This document shows, piece after piece, positions 30,241-44,840 of a stretch of DNA of 64,000 bases; within the stretch, counting starts at the first letter, position 1; each line of letters begins with the position of its first letter. Source of the stretch: Lama glama (taxonomy: Eukaryota); contig CM052817.1 of assembly GCA_028534125.1 (NCBI GenBank), forward strand, positions 31,870,001 to 31,934,000, given 5' to 3'. The translations under genes were made by a program, and so were the position numbers. Under the pieces are notes generated by a model. That model made no database searches. It was not told the origin of the DNA and saw only the letters and a program-made list of their open reading frames with translations.

Positions 30241-33200
30241 AAGATCAGTGATTGCCAGGGTTTGAAGGAAAGGAAGGAGAAATAGGTGGAGCAAAGAGGA
30301 TTTTTAGGGGCATGATGGTACTCAGAATGATATTGTAATGATGGATATATGTTATTTTATATTTGCTAAAACCCACAGAATGCACATCAAAAGCGACCAT
30401 GTTGTAAACTATGGATTGGGGTGATTACGTTGTATTTATGTACATTCATCAATTGTAACCAATGTACGACAGTAACGTAAAATGTCAACAGTAGGGGAGC
30501 AGGAGCCGGGGTGGGAGTTGGGGGGTTCAAGGGAGGACAGGAGAAGGGAGTACATGGGAAGTCTCTGCACTTCCTTCTCAAACTTCTGTAAACTTGACAC
30601 TGCTCTTTACAAAAGTCTATTAATTTTTTTTAAAAAGAAAGAAAAGTCTATTCTATTCTTATCAGCCAGAACCAAAAGGAAGAGTCACAATAAACAACAG
30701 TTCAAGCTAAAGCTTAAAACAATAATGTACTTGGCTCAACCTCAGAGAAAGAAAATGTCAAAAACACAAATCAGGTTATACAGTAGACAAATTAAAAGTA
30801 AAAATAAAGATAGCAAAATCAGTATTTGGGAATAATAGAAAACTTCAACTTCTGGGGAGGCCAGTTGGATGGGTGTACCTTTCAACTATCAAAAGGAAAA
30901 CTGTGCATCTGAAAGCAACTATTTCTTAAGAGGAATAAAGAAAATGTAAGTAATGTGTGTGTTGTACGTGTTGAGAGGTACAATATGAAAGCATCATTTG
31001 ATGGCCTCAGTGCACAAACACAATTTGCTGTATAAGGCAAGGTATACCTCAAAATCCTTCAAAAATGAAGGAATCTCTTACCAGATACTGTTTACTTCTG
31101 ATGGAATCAAAGCATTACTTAATACTTATTAAGGAATTTTGCATATTTTTATACTAACAAATCCAATCTTATTGCAACTGACAAGCTGGTAAATGGTTCT
31201 CTTTAAAAAAAAAAAAGAAATTAAAAAGTTTCCTTGGTTTGCACCACTTGCTAATTTCCATTGTGGAAATGTCCCATCATGGCTGATTTCAAGTCACCAA
31301 TAATTTAACAACCAGCTGGTAAAATTCCTGGCAGGAACTAGATCCAAAACACTACTTCAAGTTATTGTTCATTTATGATAAGGAAATTGACTTCTAATTA
31401 AAGTCAGTTGTCACATTTGAATGGAATGTGAACTCTGGTCCTCAGTTTAAGAACTTTCAGATCAGTGACTCTGTTTCCTCCAGAACTGCCAGATATTATT
31501 CTTTTATGCCAGACATATCCTTTTGTTTTTTTCCTTCTTAAAACTCTATATTATTAAACATACTCTTTGCTGAGAATAACTTTTTCCCAAATAGAATATT
31601 TTGGTTGCATCTTCAAATTCATTTACATAAAATGGGCTAAAAAGAAAAGGCTTCCCCATTTTGATCATGTATATATTTACTTATATTTTCTTATAACTCT
31701 TATAAAAGTTAGTTTTATTTATTTCACTTAAATCTGTCCAACTAGGATTTATTGTGGGTATTACACAATAAAGACTTCATTATTTTTCCCCACTATTTAA
31801 TCAATTCTTCTGGGTACCTTTAGTTTAATTTTGTCACTGATTTTATTCACTATCATAAACTAAATGCATACTCAAATATCCTTTCTATCCTGCTCATTAA
31901 CAATCAGTTTCTGTATCAGCACCATTCTTTAAATTATTGTAGCTTTGTAATACGCTTTATTATCTGCTGGCACAAATACTCCTGGTTTACTCATTATCTT
32001 CAATAATTTCTCATCTATTGTCATTCACTTATACTTTCAAGCTTATGCATACCTTCACAAAATAATTAGAAGAAAACTGACATCTTAATTAAGACTTCTC
32101 ATCTAGAACCTGGCATTCCCTCACCAATTTGTCTTCTTTCACGTACCCAAAGAAAAACATACAATTTCTTTCTAGAAGAATTTACCTAATTCTTATTAAT
32201 TCTATTCCTAAATACTTTAAGTGTCTATTCTGTGTGAATGAAATCACCTTCCTCACTACTCAGTCCAACTTTTTGCTTCTGGACGAATTTCAATGGACAG
32301 AAAACTTAAGACTTGCTTGTTCTTTGTACAGCTGCTCTTAAAATGTTTATTTATCCTAGTCTAAATTATTCCCATTGAAAAGAGTTTCTAAACATAGAAG
32401 TCCTATGACCTGTTTGGCATATTTCCAATGTCTTTTACTTAAAATCTGCTACAGAAATATCACTGATTATAAAGCTGAAGAAAAATGACCCATCATTTAA
32501 ATAATCCATTATTCACTCAGCCAGAGTCTCCCTGAGATTATTATTTTCCTGTACTCTTTTGAACCTTCAGAAGTTCAGCTGAGAAACTGTTCTAAAAATT
32601 TCAGAATAATGTGGTATTTTTAAAATACGCATGGACCTAGGGGTCAGAAGATAAGAGGCCTTGACTTCACTTGGCTACTTGGTATCATTATAATCTTAGT
32701 TAAATTATATAACCTCTCTAAACTTTTGCTTCCTCTCCAGAAAATAAACAAGTTGAGTTATATCTCAACCATGCGTATGGTATCAGAAGCAATAAAAAAG
32801 TTGTATTCATTTTCGTTCCCCACTCTTCTGCCCATAAAAAATCCACTGCCAATGAAAAATCTATTGTGGCAAACTTCTCCTCTGGCCAGACTTGAGCCAG
32901 GGTATCAGCACAGGGTAGACCTACAGTGAACACATGAACACTAGAATCCTCCAGCAAACATATCCAGTTGTTTCATCCATCAAACATACCTAGACCCAGC
33001 ATCTGGCGGAGGTAACAGGTGCATATGGTTATGTGGTCATTTTCCTTTGGCTTCTAAGAAGGCGAGCAGAGTCTAAAAATAGGTGGGCTGAGTCCCCCAC
33101 ACTTCTGAGGCTGAGACAATATGAGAAGACCAAGAACAAAGGGGTTTTCTCTTAATTTCTTAACTGGTCGCTAATTAAGAGAGGCTTACAGCGACTCAGA

Positions 33201-33964
33201 CTGCTTTCTCTTCCATCACACGTGGGATTACATCTTGAAGTAGTATTGTATGGCTCACAGTTAGTCAACAAAGAAATGTAACTGCACATCTACTGGTATC
33301 CAGCAGCCAGAGACAAAGGAAACAAGTAAAATACTTACCAAACACCAGCAGCAAAAATTATTATAGGTTTCAAAAAATCAAACCTATTTCAATTAAAACA
33401 GAAACTAAACGAAGATGCTGATTCTTGCTTATCATTCCACACCGTCAAGGTTATGGGGTAATATAAGTAAATACAATAATACAAGAAAATGAGATCATTG
33501 TTACAAATATTGAAAAAGATGACATGAAATTTCTATGCTAACTAGGATTTACCACATAGAAATGAAAATGGATAAAAATCTATTCCCAAATATAAAATTG
33601 GTTGAGATAAGTTTAATTAAAAAGCATAGGACTTATATAGAAGAAACTACAAGAACTTTTTAAAGAACACAAAAAAAGATCAGAACAAAGAGAAGAACAC
33701 ATTTGTAGAAAAGAGGCACTTGTTGTAAATGTCAGTTTTCACAAAATTAATATATTAGTATAATTCTAATCAAGATTTCAATACTATTTTTTTAGGTTGC
33801 ATTGGATAAAATTATCTTAGAGTATACTTGGAGGAATAAATATACAAGAACAGCTCAAAGAATTATTTAAAAAGAATACAAATAATATTTTCTAAATCAG
33901 AAGAGAATTATAATCAAAACAGATTATAATTATAATCAAAACATTACATAAAAACGTAATATAA

Positions 33965-34801
33965 AATGCTCAACATTGCTAATCATCAGGGAAATGCAAA
34001 TCAAAACCACAATGAGGTATCACTTCAAACCTGTTGGAATGATTATCATCAAACAAAAATAACTTATGTTGGGGAGGATGTGGAAAAAAGGGAACTCTTG
34101 TAAACTCTTGGTGGGATGTAAACTGGTATAGCTACTGTGAAAAACAGTACGGAGTTTTCTCAAAAAAACTAAAAATAGAACTACCATATGACCCAGCAAT
34201 TCCAACCCTGGGTATATATCCAAAACAAAAACAAAAACACTAATTTGAAAAGACACATGCACCCCAATGTTCATAGCAGCATTATTTACAATTGCCAAGC
34301 ATATGGAAGCAACCTAAGTGTCAATCAACAGATGAGTGGATAAAGAAGATATGGTATACATATATAATGGACTACTACTCAGCCATTAAAAATGAAATTT
34401 TGCCATTTGCAACAACATGGACAGACTTGGAGGGTATTAGGCTAAAAATAAGTCAGGCAGAGAAAGATAAATATTATATGTTATCACTTATATGTGTAAT
34501 CTAAAAAATAAAAGAAACCAGTGAATATAATAAAAAAGACTCACAGATATATAGAGAACAAAGCAGTGGTAACCAGTGGGGAGAAAGAAGAGGAAAGGAC
34601 AATATAGGGGTAGGAAATTAAGAGGTGCAAACTATTATGTATAAAATAAGCTACAAGGATATATTGTACAATACAGGGAATATATCCAATAGTTTATAAT
34701 AACTATAAATGGAGCATAACCTTTAAAAATTGTGAATCACTATATTGTATACCTGTAACTTATATAATATTGTACATCAACTATACATCAATTTAAAAAA
34801 A
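33965..34801 (+). mobile_element. 5'-truncated L1 (ORF2 C-terminus and 3'UTR) inside older L1-like debris (about 33400-35540)
   Basis: WKQPKCQSTDEWIKKIWY...ILPFATTWTDLEGI peptide, followed by an L1 3'UTR. Confidence 0.92.
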
Positions 34802-35889
34802 CTCTTAGTAAAATGGGTTAAAATATATATATATAATATAAAATGACTATATCAGAACATAATGCAAAAGTAATCAACTCATGAATGTAAGATTAATGTA
34901 AAAAATTAGAGAACCCCCCAAAATTCAAGAATAAGAATTCAACATAGGAAAGGGATGATTTATTTAGTAATAATGCTGAAATATGTCACTAATCACCTAG
35001 AGGAAAATAAATATAATATATCAAAAAACAAATTCCAGATGGATATGAAGTTAAAATGTTTTTAAAGTTTTAGAAAAAAATTCAAAGTCAACATGTATAA
35101 TCCAGGAGAGGAGACCTTTAGCTAAGACAGAAAGCCCAAAGTTATAAAAAAAGGCAAATGCATTCAACCATGTAAAAATTTTAAATATTTATAAGGCAAA
35201 TGATACCATAAATAAGAAAGGACAAAGTCGGGGGGAAGGAATAAAATGCAGACAACAAAAATATAACATATTCAAAGGGCTCTTATAAGTTAATGAAAAA
35301 AGACAACAGAGAAAAATTGGCAAAAGATATAATTAGGCAATTCACACAAGAACCAATCTAAAAAGACAAGAAACATGTGAAAGTTTGTAATGCCCAGAAA
35401 ATACAAATTAAACTAGCAGTGAACTTTCATTCTATACACAAATATTAAATTGTGGCAAATATTAAAAAGAATAATTGGATCTATTGCTGGCAAGGTATAG
35501 GGAAACTGACACTTAACACATTGCTGATGGAAATGTAATGTCCATGTATGTAAAGTTCAGTAGGGTGGGCAAAAGGATGAATGTTCTAGCCCCTATAGCA
35601 GAGCATCACAAATATAAAATTTTTTGATCTCCATACAACTTCCTGATTACAATTTAGCTTTGTATGACCTACCCCACAAGGAGAGCAAAGAATGGTCTGC
35701 CAGCTCCAGCATTAACGTTCATTCACTTGGCGTTATTTCTCACCGTAAAGTAGTAAATTGGCAAACATAAAAACTTGTCTCTGTCAGACTGTTTATGATT
35801 CCATCCCCTGAAAAAGATTTCATATCCACTCTCAGTATTCTGGCAAAGTCAAGTTTTCTGACCTGATGTTGGTCTTTGCTGGCCTTCTC

Positions 35890-36000
35890 TGGCAATTTCT
35901 TAAATCAGAATCAAAATCTTTGGAGGGAGGCCCGAGCATCTGTATGTCTTTGAAAACTCCCCAACGTGACTCTGTTGTGCAGCTAGGGTGGAGCACTGCT
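35890..36000. mobile_element. MER5-like DNA transposon fragment (similar fragment near 16560-16725)
   Basis: AATCAGAATC...ATCTGTAT...AAAACTCCCCA..TGACTCTG pattern. Confidence 0.55.
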
Positions 36001-36849
36001 GCCTTCCACTATTCTTCTAAAGCAGAACAGTTGGTTCTACACAATGATTTTACTTAAACCTAATTTCGATGATTAAAAAGTTTCAAAAACACCATAAACA
36101 AGAAAACCTATTTATTTAATACCACAAGTAATATCCATCAAGCAATTCAGAGAGAGTTACATGAGTGTCAGGTACAAAGCTCTAGGAAGCAGAGTGAAGG
36201 ATCAATAAGATAATTCAAAAGCCTAATTTTTAAAAAGTCATATATAGTTCTCCCAATTCATACTGGATATCTTGATGAGATATTTCTCTTAGGGTTTCAG
36301 CCACTTCACTTTACTCACTGTCCATGACCCAAACCACATATCTTGGTGCACTATCAATTCTCTGCCTTTCATCATCAGTGATTTCAAAGGGTGAAATTTC
36401 AATGATCTAAACTTTAGAGCTATCGATTCCTTCCTCTGCTCTATATTCCATATCTAGTCTAGCCATCAAAACCCATCACTACTAGAAGTTACCCTCACTT
36501 CCTTTTTCTGCATAGCTAAATTTTAAGTTCAGGTCCTAAAAACAGTCTATGTAGACTTCTAAAAAATCTTCCTTCCAGTTATCCCTGCCTCTTAGCAGAT
36601 GAAATACCGACTTCACAAGCAGCCAATGGGATACTTTATCCATGAACCATTCGAGGACATATATATCAAACCATGGCAATCCACTGCCTCTGTAATCTGC
36701 ATAAAAAAGCACCACTATACTTATCTTCAAGAATATTACACTAAGGCCATTTTATTGGAACCATCATTTTCTTTTCTTCCACAGTCTCCCTGCAATAAGA
36801 ATGACTCATTCATATACTGCTCCAAAATTTTATGTGAATTTTTTTCATC

Positions 36850-37465
36850 TTTTTTTGCAAAACACTTTAAGAGCAATTTTAGGCTCACAGCCAAATTGAG
36901 AGGAAGGTACCCAGATTTCCCAAATACCTCCTGCTCCCACACATACATAGCCTCTTCCATTATTAACATCCCCTAGTATATCTGTTACAATTCATCAATC
37001 CACAGCAACACATCTTTATCACCCAATGTCCGCAGTTTACATTAGGGTTCACTCTTTGTGTTGTAAATTCTATAGGTCTGAACAAATGTATTCATTATTA
37101 TAGTATTATACAGGGTAGTTTCCCTGCCCTAAAAATCCTCTGTGCTCCAGCTATTCATCCCTCCTCCTCCCCAACCCCCAGCAATCAATCATCTTTTTAC
37201 TGTCTCCATAGTTTTCCCTTTCCAGAAAGTCATATGATTGGAATCATACAGCATGTAACCTTTTCAGACTGGCTTGTTTCACTTAGTAATAGGCAATTAA
37301 GTTTCTTCCATGTCTTTTCATGATCTGATAGCTCATTTCATTTTAGGACTGGATAATATTCCATTGTCTGGATGTATCACAGTTTATTTGTCCATTTACC
37401 TCCTGAAGGACATCTTGGTTGCTTCCAAGTTTTGGCAATTATGACTAAAGCTCTATAAACACCAG
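36850..37465 (-). mobile_element. Old L1 3' fragment
   Basis: GAAGGACATCTTGGTTGCTTCCAAGTTTTGGCAATT is antisense ORF2 end, followed by 3'UTR-like sequence. Confidence 0.85.
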
Positions 37466-40149
37466 TGAAACTTATTTTAAACAAAAAAGATCCATTTAAT
37501 GCATCTAATGTAATCTGTATTTGATTATGTTACATTGCTACTATACTGCATGTAAATGGATATTAATTCATTCTTCATTTTTAATGAATGCATTTGCTAA
37601 CTACTTTCTGTATCACATGGTTCAATAAATATAACTAGAAAAACAGCTCTTAAAACAATTCAGATGATATTCTGCTGTGAACTACCATCATACTTAAAAT
37701 TCATTATCTTCTAGTAGAAATGGGTCTGAGAATTTGGAATTTGGTTTCTATAGCCTTCTCCATCGAAAGGGGGTTCTCTTTTTGTAAAAACCCTTAAAAC
37801 TTTACTCATTTTAGCAAACTTTTTGAAAATTGGGAAATAGCATGCTTAATAAAAACCAGCTAGTAGACACAAAATAAAATTGTCAGAAATTCCACTGAAC
37901 AGGCAGTGTCCTGTGACATCCTGCATTAACAAATTAGGAGGAGGAATAATCAAGAGAACACAGCCCATTCCATCCTGCAAAAGGTTATCAAACTGTGTCT
38001 TTTCAATGTGGTAATAGGAGTGAAAACATGGTTACCTCCAGAAAAGAAGTCTAAGACATTCGCCAGTAGTGGAACAGCCCAGAACCGAATGATCTGGGAT
38101 CTAAACACTGTAACAGGCCAGATACTTATGAGATGTCATATTTAAAATATTTAGCAATCAGTTCAGAGGGACAGTCAGGACATCTTCTAGCTGTAAATAC
38201 CAGTACAGCCATAAGGATGCATGATAGCTATGTATCAGCACTGGGGCAGAATGTGGTATCTCAAGTTTGATAACAGGTGAAATGCACCAGGGAGGTCCAA
38301 GAAAGAACATCTGATATGGTAGCAAACAGGTGGATAATGCAAAGTCTAAGAACAAGAAATATGTGGCCATGCACCTGGAGAGGTGGGTTTAATCATTAAA
38401 AGGTTCTATTAGCAGAACTTGATTCTTGTTAAGTTGTTTTTATTTTTGGATGAGAACTTCATTGTCTTGGAGGGCAAAGCAGGGTCCCGTATTTGGAGAG
38501 AATGGAATACCAAAGAGTTTGACAAGGCAAGGCTCAGGAAGGAAGAAACACCAATTATTAAACGTGGAGGCTTTGATACAAGGATGGGTAGCAGCCCAGA
38601 CACTGGAACTGATGGAAAAAAAATCAGGCCCACACTTACTTAGTGAGATTAGACTGACACTGAGTTGTAAAGACTAGTGAGCTAGGGTTCTCCCAAACTA
38701 ACTCCCGACTGTAGCATAGGATTGGAGCCAGGACCTTACATAAGATAGAGTCTACATGTGACTACAACAGAAGATACAAAGGAAGAAAGGTTGTGACATC
38801 AAGGTTTATGGAATAGTGGGCCTGAAACTTACCATAGACAATACACTGACCTTTACAAATCCTCTCACATACCTATGAATACTGTGACCATCTGTGTTAG
38901 AGTTTCTTAATTTCAAATTTTCTATGTAATTATTAGACTATGTATCTTTTATTCTAATATTTACCAATGAAAAGATTCAAAACAAATTATGAAACCAAAT
39001 ACTTAATGAGTTAGATAATCAGGTGCACTTCTCACAACACAAAAAGTTTAGTCTTGAAGATAAAAATTCTCCTTTGCCAAATGAAGTAAACCTAGCTTAA
39101 AGAGTTAGAATATTTAAAATAAAATTGAAGAAAGCAGGCTTATGATTCCTAAATTCAATGATATCTGTAGCTAGGAACTCCAAATTCAGGGACCATCACA
39201 GAGTTCACACTGTTCCCTTAACAGCAAATGAGTTGGATTCCTTTTCTAGGCTTCATTTTTAAAAGCAGACAGATTTCTGGGAGGGATGAGAAGTATTTGG
39301 GCAATAAGCAATAGGTGATTCTTCTCCACTAGCACCAACATTAACTCTCAATGGATACATCACTGAAGTTAATGTCAATGAGAACATAAATTACCCTACC
39401 GAATTCATTTTATAAAAGCTTAGTTAAAAGTCTCCTTTACCTTCCATATCTAACCCAAGACATATTGTTCCTACCTTTTAAGTAGTTCCCACATCCATGA
39501 TTAAATGAGTTAATATCTTGTAAAGCACTTAGAAGAGTACCCACCCACCCATGTGTTAGGCACTATATACACGTTTGCTAAATAAAGAAACAACGTTTGT
39601 TCATTTGTTCAACCTTCATCTCACATCTGGTCTACTGCATCCTAACGTGTCTCCCTACACATGCTGCACCCCTCTCTCCACCCAATTTTCTGTCCCCATC
39701 TGATGAAAAATGGAAGTCTAATAAAATCACCCTAACACTGTCACAAAGTCCATCAATGGCAACCCTCTTGTTTCAGGTTTAAGACCAAAATCTATAATAA
39801 GGTCCTCAAGATTCCATGTGGTCTAGTCCCTGCCTACCTTTCCAGTTAATTCCCATCACTGCCCTGAGACCTCTCTGCTCCAGCCAAACTGGCCATATTT
39901 TCTCCCATTTCTAGCAAATTCTACCCCTTCTGCCTACCCACTCTTCCCCCAAACTGTTAACTATTTCTTCCTCCACATTTTGCTAAAGTCTCACGAGATC
40001 AGGGAAATCTTTAAATTGAAATATGAAGGATTAAAACAAGTTAGATAAGTTTGGGTATGTGTATGGGTATGTGGGGTTTTTTGGGGGGGTGCTCTTAGTG
40101 CACTTTAACTTATCTGAGCCCCAATTTACTTTTCTATAAAAACGGCAAT

Positions 40150-40530
40150 TTATCAACTGATGAATGGATAAACCAAATGTGGTATATCCATACAATGGAG
40201 TATCATTCAGCCACACAAAGTAATGAAGTACCAACACATGCTACAAAAGGATGAACCCTGGAAATACGGTAAGTGAAAGAAGACAGTCACAAAAGAACAC
40301 CTGTAGTATGATTCCATTTATATGAAATGTCCAGAAGAGGCAAATCCATAGAAAAAGAAGTTAGATTATGGGTATAAGGTTTCCTTTTAAGGTGATGAAA
40401 ATGTTTGACAATTAGAAAGTAGTGATGATTGTACAACTCTGTGAATGCACTAAAAACTACTGAATGATACACTTTAAAAGAACTAATTTTATGGTGTGTG
40501 AATTATGTCACATTAAAACTGTTTTTTTTT
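40150..40530 (+). mobile_element. Old L1 3' fragment
   Basis: GAATGGATAAACCAAATGTGGTATATCCATACAATGGAG motif. Confidence 0.82.
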
Positions 40531-41919
40531 AAACAGCAATAGTAACAGTTCTTTTCAGATTATCAGTATTATATGAGATTTAATAAAACTATGTACATAT
40601 GTGATTGTACACATATATACATATATATATACATTTACAATACGTACTTAACACAATACCACACCCATAAGTACTTCATTAAATGGTAAGTATTATTTTA
40701 AGCAAATAATACAGATTTTAACTGAAATTTAGATGAATGCATAATTGTGCTTTTGGGGTTTGGCTTTTACTATTTTTGCAATCCAGGAAAAACATCTGAG
40801 CATTAAAAACTCTCTTTATGAATTTTTTTTCACTGTGCAAAAATCCAAGTAAATTATGCAAATTTAGTTTCTTAACACATCATATCTGATTCACATTTTA
40901 TTTTATAAAACTGTAGTTAAAATAAGTCAATTTATTTCTTCTATGTCTATGATAAAAACTGAATTCTTTGAAATACTAGCTGTCATAAAATAATGTATGC
41001 AAAATAAATTCTGAAATTAATATATTTACAAGAGGTAGTATATTGATCATAAATGCATCTGTGACCTTACGTGGCAGATATGTAACTAGGCAGATCTTGG
41101 TACTGAATCTTATTACCTTGTCTTACCAATTTTAGGGAACTAAACCAATCTTTAAAATGATAACATCCTCACTACACAGCTGATTTAACAGAATGTTCCT
41201 GATTCAGTTTTTAAAAGAAATAATGCCTAAAACTGTTGGCACAAAGACAAAATCCTGAATTTAGGCCATATGAATGTCACTTCATTGTTGTTACTGAAAG
41301 AAATAAGCTCAACTATAATCAAACTTCAGCAGCATGGCATCAGCATTCTGCCAGCTAAGCAGGCCTCGAAATCAGAGGGCCTCTAACAATATAAAATGTA
41401 GTATTTAACATTAAAACAAATCATGGCAAATGCATCTTATAAACAGGAAACTATTATACTTAATGATAAAGAATTATACACTGCTATTAAGTTATGCTCA
41501 ATGACAAAAATCAGATTTTTCTTTTTCCTTTTTTCTTTGGGAGGATGGGGCAATATTTGAAATATATAATTTATTTAATGGAAAAATTATTTTCCATGTT
41601 TTTTTTCTTTCTAAAGGCTATTAATAGTTTTTCTCATTTTCCCCAAGAAATTCACTAAATAGAATATATCAAAATGTTAACTTTTTTTTAATCACTACGG
41701 TACTGTATTATGCATTCCTACTTCAGGAATTGTTCCCCTGAGAGACATCACTAGTAAAATAATGATTACAGAAGAGAGTTTGTATATTTATCCTCCTACC
41801 TTCTTTCCTATTAATTATCCAGTCCAACCAAAATTACTTTCTAAGATTTCTCTTTAGTTGCCTACACATTTACCAGAAGTTAACTAAGCATTCAGTGTAA
41901 AAAGAAGAACAAAACCACA

Positions 41920-42520
41920 ATCAATCTATGTCCTCCAGGAGCTTACATTCAAGTAGCAGTGAAAGACATGAACAGCGTGGTAAGTGTAATGACAGAACAG
42001 ATGAAGCATTTACTATCTGGCTGACTTAAGAAAGGATCAGTCTTCAAACATGAATAAGAACTTGCAGACCAAGTGGTAAGGTGCTGGAGTGCATTCTAGG
42101 CAAAGGTGGCTGCAAATATGAAGGCACAGCGTGCTCCAGGAAGTGGGTAAATACAGCCAGACAGGAGACCAATGAAATGAGCAGGGCTAGAAGACAGAAG
42201 GCTTTGTGACATGGGTTGGGTGGGAAGACTGTGGAGGAAGGAGGGGAGAGACTCTAGGAGCAGACATTTAAAAGGAACCCTTGGCAGCAACATGGAGGAT
42301 GCAGAGAGAACAAAAAGGAAGCTGGGGCAATAATCCAGGTGATAAAGAAGACAGAGGCCTGAACTAAGGCAGGTTAAGTGGCTATAGCAACAGAAGGCAG
42401 GAGAGACTGAGGACCTTTTAGAAGGCAGAATGACAGGTCTTGGTGAATAACTGAAAGGAGTGAGGGAGGGGTGTTGACTCACCCCTGGTTTATGGCTCAG
42501 GGAGACCGTGGATGGCTGTA
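41920..42520. mobile_element. L2 fragment
   Basis: CAGGAGCTTACATTC...GCAATAATCCAGGTGA...GGCAGAATGACAGG pattern. Confidence 0.55.
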
Positions 42521-44840
42521 CTGCCTACCACTGTGCAGAACATCCTATCATTCAAAACTAAACTCCAGTAAACTCCCTTTCTGCTAAGTCTTCTCCGTCC
42601 CCTGTGGGTCGGTATGATTCCTCCAACCCTGCACTCCTTGTTCCTGTCGTGCATAACAGATATTTGGTAAGTCATAATACATATGCAACATCTTCATTTA
42701 ACTTCCTTTCTGTGAACTTTTCATGTATATGTACTCTCTCTGATTAAACTAGAAGTTCCTTATGATCAAACATCACATCTATTTGTTACAGAGCAGTATA
42801 TGCTCAATAAACACTGACTGATTCAAGTGTTGGTATTATGAAAACATCCCTAGGAAGAGTCAGATAACTACTGTCCTTCTCCAGCATCTTAAAAATCTTC
42901 TAGTCCTCTCTCTCTTTTTAAATACAATAGGGCTAAGGGAGGACCAAAAAAAGACATCCACAGATGCTGATGAAATAACATTCTCCCACTTTCCAGAGCT
43001 AGGGCAGACATGTTTAGGGTCTTATTGAATAGTTAAGACTTGTCATTTCTTTTCCATATTACCTTACTGCTTTACAACTGTAAAAACACCTTCAAGAGAT
43101 TTGTACTATGAATGCCCAAGGGCAATGGGATGCCGACAAACTGAATCACTATATTACTAACAGCTAACAACAAAGGCTTTACAAACATCTGTTTTTGGTT
43201 CCCTCTTGGATTCATGGAATATGACTGCATGAGATTTGGCTGTGGCTGGTTACAGGGTTCAGGCAATGACATGTAGAACTGCTGAAATGGTCACAAAACA
43301 AAATCACCAGCTAGTTCCCAAGTATCTAAGCAAACTAGGTTTTTACAGGCCAAACTGCTGTGATATAATCGAATACACTGTTCCTCTATAAGAACCCATT
43401 TATAGCTTCATTCTCACTATAAAACTGTCTTACTATTTTTAAAAAAGTACATGGTGAGGATAGGGAAGAAGGGAGAGGGAAAGAGAGAGGGGAAAAAATA
43501 ATTAGAAACCAGAGTCTAGTTTATTTTAGTAAAAATGTATTCTATAGTATCCTTTTAAGTAGTAAAAGTATTTAATTTAAATTAGTCAGTAATTATAATT
43601 CTCTCAATATTTTAACTGTGTATATTCACTCAGAAACTTTCCTCATACTAAGATAATTTTCTGCCATCTGGCACAACAATATCTCCATATGGAAGCATTA
43701 CTTACAGATCAAAAATAAAAGAAATACAGAGATTGTAAATGCAGTATACTTGGCACAATACAAATCTCCTCAAATTATATCCTGTAAGGTTTTATCTTAA
43801 GAGGTCCCCCCATATCAACACTTGCTCTTTTATGTTATTTGATTACAAAACAAGACTACACTAAATATTTTGGTTAGAGAGTTAACTGGAAAAAAAATAA
43901 ATTTAGTCTCTCATATTTTATTCATTAGTTCACTCAGACACCGGCAGCACAGTTGGGAGTAAGAACTACTGGGTTCTAATTCCAGTTCTTTACCACCATA
44001 TGACCTTGGAAAAGTCATAGTTTTTCTACACTTCAGTTTTCTTGGGGCAAAACACACTTCGTAGCAGAATCTTTGCTTGCTTACTTCATTAGTTTGGTAT
44101 CATTTTATTAACATAATTTTTAGCAAAAAAAAAAAAGAAGAAAGAAAGAAAGAAAGAAAAGAAAAACAGACTTTAGTGATAAATAATTTCCAGAAGTGCT
44201 TTGAGATCTTCAGAGAAAAGTGTCATTGGAAATTACTGGAAAGACTGAACAAAATCACTATGAGAAAAGGAGTTAAAATAAGAGCTCAGTGGCATTAGTT
44301 GTATTGACTTACCTGAACTTTGAAATACAAATATACCTCCCTGAATGTTTTTTATCAGAAATTTTACTACATATAAAAATTACTCAATGTAACTTCAATT
44401 ACAGAACTAAGGGAAAGGTACGATCATTGTATTATGTCTGATGCCTTAAGATAGCTGATGTTGCTTCAAACAAATATTTTGTGCTAACAGAACCATGGAA
44501 TAGTACTGGTATCCGATAACCCTGCAGACAGAGAGCAGAGTCGATTTGTCATCTTGTTCCCCCATTTTTGACCAGTGGAGAGAAACTTTGCCAGAATAAC
44601 ACAAATTAACAAGAAAAACCAAAGCTGCTCAAAGAACATTTAACTACCAATATTACAACTGCCCAGAGTGTGCATGTTTAGATTTTCCATCTATCTTGCT
44701 GATCACCGTTTGAGAAAATATTCTTTATGTTATTTTCAACAGCTTTAATTCTATTTGGATTGGTCTAAGGAATTATTAGCATGCAAGGAATGGCAATGAT
44801 CATACCTCAGCATTTCTCCTGTTAAGGCAAATATACTTAC

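Larger units (their letters stand above)
28480..30635 (+). mobile_element. Old degenerate L1 (ORF2 3' part and 3'UTR) carrying nested insertions
   Basis: ORF2-like remnants (KTCTQMFTAALFIIAKTWKQLTCPSVGEWINKLWYI), interrupted by a young L1 end and a SINE. Confidence 0.9.
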
